Source of the DNA: Paramoeba atlantica
Taxonomy: Eukaryota > Protista > Discosea
Assembly (NCBI GenBank): GCA_977017575.1
Contig: CDRNVI010000056.1
Coordinates: forward strand, 186,001-250,000
Reading direction: 5' to 3'
DNA length: 64,000 bases
This document shows, piece after piece, positions 23,136-34,332 of this stretch. The translations under genes were made by a program, and so were the position numbers. Position 1 is the stretch's first letter. The number at the start of each line of letters is the position of its first letter. The notes below the pieces were generated by a model, which was not told where the DNA came from, searched no databases, and saw only the letters and a list, made by a program, of their open reading frames with translations.

Positions 23136-23699
23136 AAAAGTTCCGAAGTATTCCCAGTATCACTGTTGTTGTTCGTTTGAAATAGGATCCGTAAAGGAAA
23201 AATGTAGTGTTTTCTACAGGTCAATATTATAGAATAAGTACAGAATCCTGCGGAATTTGCAGACTTAGGTTCTCAGCGCGCGGGTCGCCAAAAAATATAA
23301 CTCTGTCCCAGGGCTACACTCACAGAAAAATAACTTTTTACAGTTGGATCTTCTCACAGTTGGGCCTTGCTCGCAGATGTGGGCTACGCCCACAGTTGAG
23401 CCTTGGTAGGCGATCTAGGTGACACAGATTAGAAATTTTCGGTGAAAAAACATAGCTCAGTGAGAAAATGGGTCGTGTAAAAATTGCTAACCCGTTCGTT
23501 GAATCGTTCAACGAACCGACGGCGGTTCGTAGAATATGCAACGAAGTAGAGACATAGCTCAATGGCCTCTCTTGAATGCCTACCCCATTACTCTGCCTTT
23601 GTATTGTAAAGGTTGTATGTACTGTAAAGGTTGTTTTCTCTTTATTCTTTCATATTTTTGCTTTCTTTCCTTTTTTCCTTCATCTCACCCTTATGCATT

Positions 23700-24450
23700 T
23701 TTGGGGCACTGTGCGTCGTTTCCCCCGTGGCCGGCGTTGGCCCTGCATTTGTAACCGTAGGTTCTTTGCCTGCATTTAAAGTCGAGGTGCCCAACTTCTC
23801 GCAGTTCAAGCATTTTAGCGACTGATATGCCTCGGATGAGGGTCTCAGTCGTAACCTGTTACTTCGCCCATCTGACGGATCAAGTTTGGTCCCATTGTCA
23901 GCTTTCCGGACCGTGTCAGAAGCTTTTGGATCGACGAGAGGATCCGTGCTTTTTTGCTAATGGCGTTTCGCACGATTTCGGCTGTGTTTTCCCGAATAGG
24001 TGCTGTCCCGAGTAGTTCCATCGTGTGCTTCTCTCGGTTTTCGTGCACGCCAAGGGATCGTCGTGACGTCCAGCATGCAGGTTACATCAGTTAACCACGA
24101 CAGTCCCTGGGGAAATCGGGGCTCTGGGTTCATAAGCAGGGGTGAACGGCAATGCTGTACCACACGAATAAAATCATTCTATTTTTCTTTCTCGGTGTCT
24201 TTCGACTTCTCATCCTTTTCACTTGTCTTTTTCCTTTCCTGGGAGGCCTCTTGAGCTTTCTTTTTTCCCCGAAGGACACATGCAAGAAGAGGGCACCGGA
24301 AATACGTTCGTTCTCGTATTTCCTCTCCTCCATAATTTCCATCACAGTTAGTTTCTCTTTCTCTGGGACCACTTCCCCTATTCCTTCGAGGACGGCTGAG
24401 TCGAAATCCAGGCACACAGGCCAGGCACGGTGCATGGATTTGAAAATCAC
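23700..24450 (-). pseudogene. Possible gag remnant
   Basis: CLNCEKLG/HLDFKC forms a CCHC knuckle with a 1-nt frameshift near 23790. Confidence 0.4.
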
Positions 24451-24769
24451 TAGCCACTTCTTCTTATCAACTACTGTATCTTCATTGTTACATACTTAAT
24501 TACTGTGCTGAACTCGTCTTGCAAGGCGTACAGTAAGCGAGGAGTGTCCGCTTGTGTTTAGATGTACTAAAATTTTACCTCGGGATTATTTTTGGCATTT
24601 CACCTAAACTTTCCTTGCACCTTGATTTTCTCGCTACAAATGCCACGGCGTGCATCGCTGTAATCTCTATTTCCCTCCAACTGCAAAATGTTGTGAGCCT
24701 CTCCCACAAGTTCCCTGACTCTCTATTTTCCTTTTATTTTTGTCTGGCATGATCCACACATTTCTCTCT

Positions 24770-25296
24770 CGAAAATTATACTCATACTGGCCGTTTGGGT
24801 GGGGCTGTTTCATAAGCTCTTGCAGCTTCCGATAGAGTCAGCCACCCGCGAGCGGAAATCCGCCTGCGATCTCTTCGGGAAATTCCGCCACACATGGTCG
24901 GGCGAACGACACCCGAAACAGAGGATACCAGGTCTAAGATACGCATACTACATACTATGTTGTTCTGAGGACTGTTCTTTGTTCTCAGAACACCGAGAAC
25001 ACCATTCTATGAACCCACTTTACATGAAAGGTTTCCATGATCTTTGAAAAAAAATTAGAATCATCCAGCGAGCCGTTGTTGCATACGCTTGTTATGGGCG
25101 GATCTGGAGAACATGATCCAGTCCCGCGGATTTTTATTACCAGAAAGTAGGCGACGCATGCTATCCTGTATGAACGACCTACATGCGACATCTTCATCCG
25201 AGTCATTAATTTCACCGAGAAGGCTTTGTTGCTTCGAAATGCGACTCCCAATATGGCGTATTCATGTCGCAAGTATCCGGGGAATGAGTATGACAC
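24770..25296 (-). pseudogene. RT/RNase H remnant homologous to 1247..2980
   Basis: GYLRHEYAILGV, SKQQSLLGEI, NPRDWIMFSR match GYLRHAYAILGV, SKQQSILGEI, KPRDWAMFSR. Confidence 0.8.
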
Positions 25297-25603
25297 GTCA
25301 TGAGTATGAGTGGAAATGTTTTAAAAAGTCATTTAAAAGTTTTCTGAATAGGAAAAACTCATGAGAAACATTTGCCAGGCCTTTGACATTTGCCAGGCCG
25401 GGGGCACACTTCTGTCCATGGGTGTATATTCCTAATACATACATGTATTATATTTACATGTATTATATTTCAATGTACATGTATTCCTTCCACTCCTCCT
25501 CGGTAATGCAAAAAATTGGATGCTCGTTATTATTTTCTGGACGATAGAGATATATGGGAAAGAGATTGTTGGCGCGTTCCCAAAAACTTGGGGAAGTAAT
25601 TCC

Positions 25604-26210
25604 TGGATTGTCATACTCAGTGCACCACCCACAGTTGGTGGTGCAGTTGGCAAGACTTACAGTTTCAGTACAGTTCAGTACAGTTGTGTACGCTACCGCC
25701 TGCATCCTTATCCCGTCAGACGAAACGATAAATCGTGGAAGTAGACGGGGAGCCCTGTGAACCAACGATTAATGTATGGGCCACTTGTTCTGGGCTATGA
25801 AATTTTTTGAGCCGAGCTTTAACTTTTGCTTCGACGGCTCCGCGAATAATTTGAGGCCTCGTCCCTTTTTTACTCAGGCGATTTCGTGCGACACGATTCG
25901 TACGGCCAGCCAAGTAATATTTGCCCCTTTTCTTGTTTCGTACCAACTCTCAGAAAACAGTGCTGTGGGATTTTTTTATAGAACGGGCAATTTCTCTGCG
26001 TGTCGATCCGCTCTCATGCATCGTCTGAATGTCTTGCCGCTCCTGAAGAGTTAATCTTCGATATTTAGGCATATAAAGTGCGAGTTTTGATTAGAAAGAA
26101 AAGCTACTAATTATGATAAAATATGTACCTCTCGGTGCACTGAGTATGACAATCCTATAAATTGTGGTGCACTGAGTATAACAATTTGGTGCACTGACAT
26201 TGACAATCCA
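25604..26210 (-). mobile_element. Internally deleted IS30-like element with TIRs
   Basis: TIRs TGGATTGTCA(TAC/ATG)TCAGTGCACCA; HTH REIARSIKKSHSTVF*ELVRN and HSPEQVA..STSTIYRFV; three subterminal GGTGCACTGA repeats. Confidence 0.75.
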
Positions 26211-26295
26211 CCATTACCGGGTAATTACCCGACTTACCCTTTCATGTGTGCTCTTTATTCGCATTTCACTTATTTAATCAATGAGTTTTTAAAAT

Positions 26296-27456
26296 TTACC
26301 AAGAAGTATGGGTGCAAAGCATTTTGAGCCGTGGGATTGAACAACAAAAAGAAGTTGGAGACTTCTTCGCCGTATCATACGTCGTGGTCGGACGAACAGT
26401 AGAAACTTGTGAATACATAGGCCGCTGACCCGCTGACGACTCCGCCGAGTACGTCGTGTACGCCCGAGAAAACTGCTGTCGGTCCGCTAGCTGGTCACTA
26501 ACGTGGTGATAGAATTTATCATTGGGTCGGACATCTTTCTGCATTTTCTCATGTATCAATTCAACATCAACGCGACGCGCACGACAATAATCGTCACGTA
26601 GTGATTGAACAATAGGCCATTATTCGAGCTATTATAGCTCGTCCCATCTCCAGAAAAGTACCTTGATTCCCGGTGTTTGTCTTGCCAGAATGATCCACTT
26701 GCGAAATATCCCATTGAAGTTTCTTTTTTGCTGTTTCACAAAGGTACGGTCTTGAAAATATTGATTTGCTCGCAATCCAAACTCTGGAGCGTCGCGCAAC
26801 TCACGAATAAGATCTCTCGTGCGGAATCCATCATCATCGAATGTCCTAAACCAGGGATCATAGGTGAGGGGCTCGTATGGATCGAGTAAATTTGGATCAA
26901 GCATTATGGGGGTCGCACCCGCCCCAGTCATCCCCTCATCGAAGCCTTGTACACCTCGTACGACATTTCCTGAAATGGTTGAATCAGGCAGTTGCGAAGA
27001 CATTCCAGGAGGAATTGGAACTTGGGGTCCGGACATGCCTGCATTTACTCCACCTTGCACTGCAGAAATACCACCCTCGGAACCGGTTCGTGTCCGTAGA
27101 TCATTGCGCAACTTCACCAGATGATATTCTAACTCGGGATGCGGGAATGGATACTCTTTTGTTGGCTCATCTTCCCACACCCCCCACAAATACAGGCCCT
27201 CCTTCCTCAACTTTACATCCACTACCTTCAGCGGCACGTCAGGCTCATCCTTGCGGCGATAGGTAGCCTGCACTCGCATACTCGGCTTCTCGCCAGGTTT
27301 CACCGGAAGGTTCTCCCTCACAACCGTACACAACTGCGTCAGATCATTCGGTGTGAGTGGCCCGGTAGGCGCGGGCTGCTCCGTCACAGGAGACGAACCT
27401 CTCGAACCTCGCGAGCTACGCGTAGAAGAAGTCATCGTTGCAAGTTCTGATTGCAA
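26296..27456 (-). pseudogene. Hypothetical protein, possibly gag-like of a YR retroelement (frameshifted near 26660)
   Basis: 274-aa ORF plus downstream in-strand continuation; only weak resemblance to the 4490..5554 gag C-terminus. Confidence 0.35.
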
Positions 27457-27514
27457 CTTTCGCGAATAGTCAAAACTTCCTTTCGCGAATAGTCAATAAG
27501 AAAACACGCAACAA

Positions 27515-28650
27515 GGTACCCCCCCCTACTTATGCGCAACCGTTTGACCCGGCCACTTAGGCGCAATTTTGACGCATCGTTCAGAAGAACAGCGCCGCAA
27601 AGCGGCGCGATATTTTTTTTTGTGGTACGAATTTTTGTACCAATTTTCGCCGCTGTTGAAATGGAGAGTCTGCAGGTAGTCCCTTTGGGCGTTCAAAAAT
27701 GATCATCGATCTCCAGCGATCTCCTCTGATCCACACTGACCTCCACCGATCTGTACGGCTAGTCTTTGCATACTATACTGTACTGTACATCAGAGGAACT
27801 CTCCTGCCACGTACTGTACGCTTTTGAAATGATCAGCGCACCAGCGTGCGGCACCGCCTAGATGTGAGGCGGGTAAAGATAACGTGGGTAACTGCACTAC
27901 AAGTGCATGAAAAATTAAACTTTAATTTATATTTCGGACCCATGCTCTTAAAAGTCCGTTCTTTTCCTACAATTGATCGGGTGCTCGCAAAAAAGCCACT
28001 CACCCCGTGATGTGGTCATTCGCGGGCATAAGTAACCATACAAGTGAAGTACTGTACCTCCTCCCTAGTTATCTCTCACACGTCACCCCCCTAGTTATCT
28101 GCCACTTTTCGGTCCTTCAATTTTTTTTTCGTCAATTACTCCCCCTAGTTATCTGTCACTTTCATAGCTATTGTTTTCCAAAAAAAACTTAAAACGAAAT
28201 TTATCCCCCTACTTATTTGTCACCTTTCCACGAAAAGTTGTGACAGATAACTAGTGGGGTTTATTAGCGTTCCTATTGGGGTTCATTAGCGTTGCTTTCT
28301 AGACTCTTTCTTGCTGCGAAGCTATGGTAAAAATGTACCCTAAACAGCGATTTTTTTGAAAATCTTCCTCAGTAATCCCACAACATCGGCTTAGCAATTC
28401 TTCGGCCCCAGTTTTTGCCCCCCCCCTCCTAGCGTTGCATTTCATCCCAGCAAGGGCACGCTAGGATAGGGGGGATATTATATAAAGCAGCCCCCAAGGG
28501 CACCCCGCGTATATAACTCATGATTGAAGCACGCACCGCGAAGCGGCGCGAAATTTTTTTTTCACCTCTTTTTTTGACCCGGCTACTTATGCGCAATTTT
28601 AGGCCAAAACCTGGTTGCGCTTAAGTGGGGGGGGACAGTACAGGTTTACC
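27515..28650. mobile_element. Nested MITE cluster
   Basis: Inverted ends CCCCCCTACTTATGCGCAACC / GGTTGCGCTTAAGTGGGGGGGACAGTA; internal CCCCTAGTTATCT repeats; 28390-28475 palindrome also at 37410-37475. Confidence 0.55.
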
Positions 28651-29901
28651 TCGGAATGAAGAAACGCTAGGATTGGTCGCTCTGAAACGAGCCAAGCAAT
28701 TAGCTCTTAGTCATCAGTATCTGTGCCTCGAAGCATTTCTTGTCTCCTATACCAGGGCTCGATACTAGCCGAGCGGCGCTTATGTTTTTCTTGCCTATCA
28801 TCACATCACAGTAAGGTACAATCATTTACTCTTCTGCCATAACATCATACATTGTGTATGGCATTACACATCATTACCTACATGGTATCATACATTTGGT
28901 ATAGCATACATACATTGGTAGCGCATCATACAGTAGTACAAACAGTAGTATACTGTACATACTGTAGCGTATCTGTAGTATACTGTATAGTAGTCAACAT
29001 GTGCCAACGAGGCTATCCAATGCTGGTCGTGTATCGCATGGTGATGGACACGATCCCGTGAGGATACCCCTACGACCATTGATGCTCTCCGTCTAAGTGC
29101 TGGTCGTAATCTGTAAACTACATGTGATCCATAATTCTTGTCTCTTATTCCAGAGCTCGATCCTGCGCCTTGTCGTGGCGCTCTGGCTTAACACCCGCAA
29201 GAGTTAACCAAGACATGTAGAAACACATTTGAACATTTGAAACACATTTGAAAAATGTGTAATGGGGTAATAAGGGAAATAAAATTGAAATAAATCGCAA
29301 CAAAATCTGCGCCGCTTCGCGGCTCCTGTTTTCTCCTACTGACAAATAAGTAGGCGGTGTAAAATTACTACCTTCTCTGAGAACTGACAAATAAGTAGTG
29401 CTTTGTCTTAGTAGGCAGAGCAGTACCTTGAACTAGCACTTGTACTTTAACACCATGCAACGTGTCGTACGCGCGGTTGATGTCCCCTCTCGACCCAGTA
29501 AGGTACGAAACGCGGTCCTCCCACAAGAATACAATATGTTTCGACTACTGAGTAACGCCAGTTTCGCTGAGGAGTCATGGACCGAGAAAACGCCTGCTTG
29601 TGTGTGGAAGCATGTGGAGTGTAACGATGAGGGAGAAGTGACAAAGACACAATGGACCAGATACGAAAGGGTATACGTGTATATACAGGAAGAGAAGAGA
29701 GTCTCTCTAAAAGGTGCACTGCGATTGATTTTCCTACCCGACACATTGACCTCCTTCGATGCTTCCTTGCAAGAGGTTTTGGAGGGGCACGTAGACTTGG
29801 CGGTTCTACCGGCAGGATTGAAAACGTTTGACATTCGTTCGAATCAGTTCAGCGGAGGTTTGGATTTAACCCATTTGCCGTCTACTCTGGAAGATTTTCT
29901 T

Positions 29902-30030
29902 TAACGATAAAGATACAGTTTCTGTACCTTGTTGGTACATTTTGCTAGCCCTTCCTTTCTTTTCCCGGAAACGGGCATATTCTTACTTTTAAATGCCCGT
30001 TTCCGGCTGACGGCTAGCTGGAACTGTTCC
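29902..30030 (+). ncRNA. Spliced-leader RNA gene-like unit 1
   Basis: TAACGATAAAGATACAGTTTCTGTACCTTGTTG|GT resembles the kinetoplastid mini-exon 3' end with a GT donor at 29935; CCGGAA..TTCCGG stem follows. Confidence 0.7.
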
Positions 30031-30693
30031 TCTTTGTCGCGGAAGTAGGGGACGCACTTCGCACTCTTCACCCCTCCCCGGCTCGCTCTCTTCGAGTGAG
30101 CTTTCTTCCCTCCCCGGCTCTCTCCTTCTCGTGCTTTCTTCTCCCGGGAGCTATGGCCTCCCTTGAGGACCACTGGGCGTGCTACAGCGGGAGGACACGT
30201 TGTATGCGTGTATAGGGGATGCGAACTTGCACCCCTCTCTCCCTACATGCTGTAGCGAGTGCGGCGGTAACGGACCTCCCCATGATGCATCATGATCCAC
30301 GATAGACCATCTGACAGCATGAACCCACGGCTTGACCGTGTTGCAGCATGAACCATGGCTATACGTGCTGTAGCATGACCGATGGTCACGGTGGCCTCCC
30401 TTGAGGACCACTAGGCGTGTCCTCCGCCGACGAGACTCCCGGCTCTCCGCACCTGGGGGTCGCCCAGCTCTCTACACCCGGATTGCCCCCGAAACTGTAA
30501 TATGGGGATTACGCATCCGGCTCTCTGCACCTGCACATGACAACCGAGCTCTCTGCACCTGAGACCCCAGCTCTCTGCACCCGCACACCTCCGGCGAGGG
30601 CGAACCCTCACTTGATCCACCCGTCGCATGCGGGCACGGACTTTGTGAGCATAATCTCTGCACTATAAGTGCATGAACGAACAATGTGCATTG

Positions 30694-30820
30694 AAAAGAT
30701 GCAGTTTCTGTACCTTGTTGGTACTTTTTCCTTAGTTAATCCTTTCTTTCCCCGGCAACGGGCATACTCTTACTGTATTTTTATGCCCGTTGCCGGCCGG
30801 CACTAAGGTCGGAACTGTCT
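30694..30820 (+). ncRNA. Spliced-leader RNA gene-like unit 2
   Basis: AAAAGATGCAGTTTCTGTACCTTGTTG|GT with donor at 30721; helices covary with unit 1. Confidence 0.65.
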
Positions 30821-32009
30821 CTCTTGTCGCTGAAGCAGGGGACGCGCTTTCACCCCTTCACCCCTCCCCGACTCACTCCCCTGGAGTGAGTGTGCTTCCC
30901 CCTCTCGGCTTTTTTTCGACTTGTCTTTTTCCTCTCCGAGAGGGCCATGCGTCACGGTGGCCTCCCTTGAGGACCACTAGGCGTGTCCGCCGCCGACGAG
31001 ACTCGGTTCTCCGCACCTGGGGGTCGCCCAGCTCTCTGCACCTCGGCTCTGTCGCAGCTCTCTGCACCCGGATTGCCCCCGAAACTGTAATATGGGGATT
31101 ACGCATCCGGCTCTCTGCACTGCACATGATAACCGAGCTCTCTGCACCTGGGACGCCAGCTCTCCGCACCCGCACACCTCCGGCGAGGACGAAACCTCAC
31201 ATGATCCACCCGTCGTATGCGGGATAAGGACATGGTGAGTAAATCTCTGCACTATAAGTGCATGATAAAACACACCTTGGTCACAATAGTCTGTGCGGAA
31301 AACCTGATCTCACCAAGCTCCCGGAAGAGCTAACATGGGCCATGCTCCTTCACAACCTTTTCGTCATACCTGACTTTATTCCGGAAGGTGTTCGCATCAA
31401 GCCATATGTGAGAAAATAGCATCCACCCTGTAGATATAACCCATGCAGTCTGAAGAACCGACGTAAAAACATTTTTATATAAAATGCGGTACTTGGAGTA
31501 GGTAGACTGAAGTATTAAAGGAGTACTTCAGTAGTAAAACTACCACTCTATTTTAGAATACGACTTAATAAAATTTTCTACTGCGAAATATTACGGAGTA
31601 TAACACTAGAATCTACAGTGGTGATCAGCATCTTTTACCCCCCCCCGTACACGTCTTTTATTTTGTCCGATTTCGACCCAATCGTTCCGAATCCGAGTTT
31701 CTTTTCACTCGAGCGACCCCCTACCCCCCTTAGCCAGGTACGAGTCAAAAACGCTAATTACTGTAGCCCCCCGTTTGTAATGGCCTCGATTTTGCCCAAA
31801 TGAACCTATAAGGGGGTGAGGGGGGGAGCGATGGAAGATTAAAAGTTGGCACAGAAAGTGTCCTACATTTTGGAGCGAGAATCCAGGAATTATTCAACCG
31901 CTAAGTGGTCCTTGGAGGTCTGCCAAAGTAAAATGTACAGCACCACCCCGCGCCATACCTCGCAGAACCATGTGAAAATATCAAAATATTCAATACGGTG
32001 CAAGAAAAC

Positions 32010-32750
32010 CCCAGGCATAAAGGGGCGGGGGAGATACGAAGCATCAGGTGTAGCAGATTCCTACTGAAAAGAAATCGTGTCTCTCTGCACAATAAAATAC
32101 GCTTGCTTGGAGTCAAAGGCGTACAGAGAGATAGGATTTCTTTTCAGTAGGAATCTGCTACACCTATTGCTTCGTATCTCCCTCGCCCCTTTATGCCTGG
32201 GTTCTATAAACCCACGAAAAAGTGGTCAGCTGGCCACCACCTGAAAAAGTGGTCGGCAGGCCACCCGCTGAAAAAGTGGTCAGATCCTCACTCCTCTAGG
32301 GGGTGGTCAGCAGGCCACGTTTTTAGGAGTTGAAGATTCATCTTACACATACGAAATGCAAACCGTCTTTTCGGTGGTCAGCTGACCATTTTTTCGTCAG
32401 GCGGCCAGCTGGCCAACTTTTCCACAAGGTGGCCAGCTGGCCAACTTCTTCAGAAGGTGGCCAGCTGGCCATTTTTTCACGGGTTTGTCAGTTGGCCATA
32501 AAAAATAGTGCTTCTTTTTCGTTCATTCGTTATGGCCCCGGCCGCTGAAGCACGTTTTGAAGAAACGAATAGGCCTCGAACATATTTTAGGAGCTGAAAA
32601 GAGTTCCCCAAACTTTGAAACAGTTGTACTTTATGAAATTGGGGATGATAATGAATCATCTTTGCGATTTTTTGTTCCACGCTCGCACGCTTGCCGCGTT
32701 CCAAGTCACGATTTTAGTAAACAGGTTCTAAAAACTGCGTACTCAACTTG
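32010..32750. mobile_element. Repeat element beginning with a 78-bp-arm palindrome; partial second copy 36615..37135
   Basis: Arms 32010-32087 and 32124-32201; CCAGCTGGCC arrays; shared end AAAACTGCGTACTCA. Confidence 0.7.
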
Positions 32751-32939
32751 ATTTTTTTTATTTTTGATGCAATACTGAGATTCTGTAATGAAAAATACCT
32801 GTGCTTTTAAACTTTTACAGGGTACAGTATAACTTTTTGGGGGGTCAGACAGTAAAGTAGGTCAGAGGACGTGGAAAAATAGTGTAAAGTAATCTCTAGT
32901 ATTTCATATTAGTAATCTCTAGTATTTCATATGCCCTTT

Positions 32940-33340
32940 GGCCTACTTCACCAAAAGTAACCGCTTACGATAGTTCCGGAAGATATTCTTAAATGTTTCC
33001 GGTTGATCTTCTGAAAAAAACGGAAAGTTTCAATGATGGACTCCCGAAGTTGAGTCTGATTTCGGGGTTTCAGCACATCCTTTATGCGGCGAGACATTGC
33101 TGTCCACGCCATTTCAACGGGATTTAAATCAGGGGAGAGAGGGAGCAAGTCAAGACGACGTTTCAGATACTTTTTTTATCAATCGAATGGGTGGGGGCGT
33201 TGTCCATTCGAAGGATGGCCTTCCGGTGCGAATATTACTTGTCTCGGAAACATTGTTGGGTATACCAGTGCTTCAAGCTGCGCTGTTTCTTCTTTCCGAG
33301 GACCCCTTATATAGTACGACGCATGCATAGTACGACGCAT
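32940..33340 (-). pseudogene. Tc1-like transposase remnant
   Basis: MDNAPTH and LSPDLNPVEMAW in different frames. Confidence 0.7.
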
Positions 33341-33615
33341 GCATGTGTGTGAAATATGGTTTCTCACTCAAGGTTGAGAAACCCCACATTGCACGCCAAA
33401 CAAAGCACGGTACAAGTTGTTTACCACGTGAACTGCATGTAACAAAATGATTTTTAAATCCAAATTACGTGCAAAGAGGTTTTAGATTTTAAGAGTAGTA
33501 TTTATCTCAATAATGTGCAATAGGGTAATAAGCAAAATAAAAGGGTTAGGCGATGATAGTACTTTATCTTAGTAGGCAGAGCAGTACTTTGAACTAACAC
33601 TCGCACTTCAACACC

Positions 33616-34332
33616 ATGCAACGTGCCGTGCGCGCGGTTGATGTCCCCTCTCGACCCAGTAAGGTACGAAACGCGGTTCTCCCACAAGAATACAATATGT
33701 TTCGACTACTGAGTAACGCCAGTTTCGCTGAGGAGTCATGGACCGAGAAAACGCCCGCTTGTGTGTGGAAGCATGTGGAGTGTAACGATGAGGGAGAGGT
33801 GACAAAGATACAATGGCGCAAATACTTAAGCGCATATACAAAGGAAGAGGAGAGAGTCTCTCTAAAAGGTTCACTGCGATGGAATTTCCTACCCGACACA
33901 TTGATCTCCGTCGATGTTTCCTTGCAGGAGGTTTTGGAGGGGCATGTAGACTTGGCGGTACTACCAGCAGGACTGAAAAAGTTTGACATTCGTACGAATC
34001 AGTTCAGCGGAGGTTTGGACTTAACGCATTTGCCGTCTACTCTGGAAGATTTGAGTTTGGGATCCAATCGTTTTGAAGGTGAAATTGACCTTACACGCCT
34101 CCCCGATACTTTGAAAAGGCTCGACCTTGGTCATAATAGTCTTCGCGGAAAACCTGATCTCACCAAGCTCCCGGAAGCGCTAACATGGGCCATGCTCCTT
34201 CACAACCTTTTCGTCATACCTGACTTTATTCCGGAAGGTGTTCACATCGAGCCATATGTGAGAAAGAAACATCCACCCTGTGGATATAACCCGTACAGTC
34301 TGAAGAACCGACATAAAAACATTTTTAAATAA
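33616..34332 (+). CDS. LRR protein, subfamily A
   Basis: Full-length paralog of 7370..8071. Confidence 0.9.
   Translation: MQRAVRAVDVPSRPSKVRNAVLPQEYNMFRLLSNASFAEESWTEKTPACVWKHVECNDEGEVTKIQWRKYLSAYTKEEERVSLKGSLRWNFLPDTLISVDVSLQEVLEGHVDLAVLPAGLKKFDIRTNQFSGGLDLTHLPSTLEDLSLGSNRFEGEIDLTRLPDTLKRLDLGHNSLRGKPDLTKLPEALTWAMLLHNLFVIPDFIPEGVHIEPYVRKKHPPCGYNPYSLKNRHKNIFK

Larger units (their letters stand above)
29455..31480 (+). pseudogene. LRR subfamily A gene split by a 1.38-kb insertion
   Basis: 29455-29898 and 31274-31480 align to the paralog 33616..34332; about 70 nt of LRR sequence missing at the junction. Confidence 0.85.
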
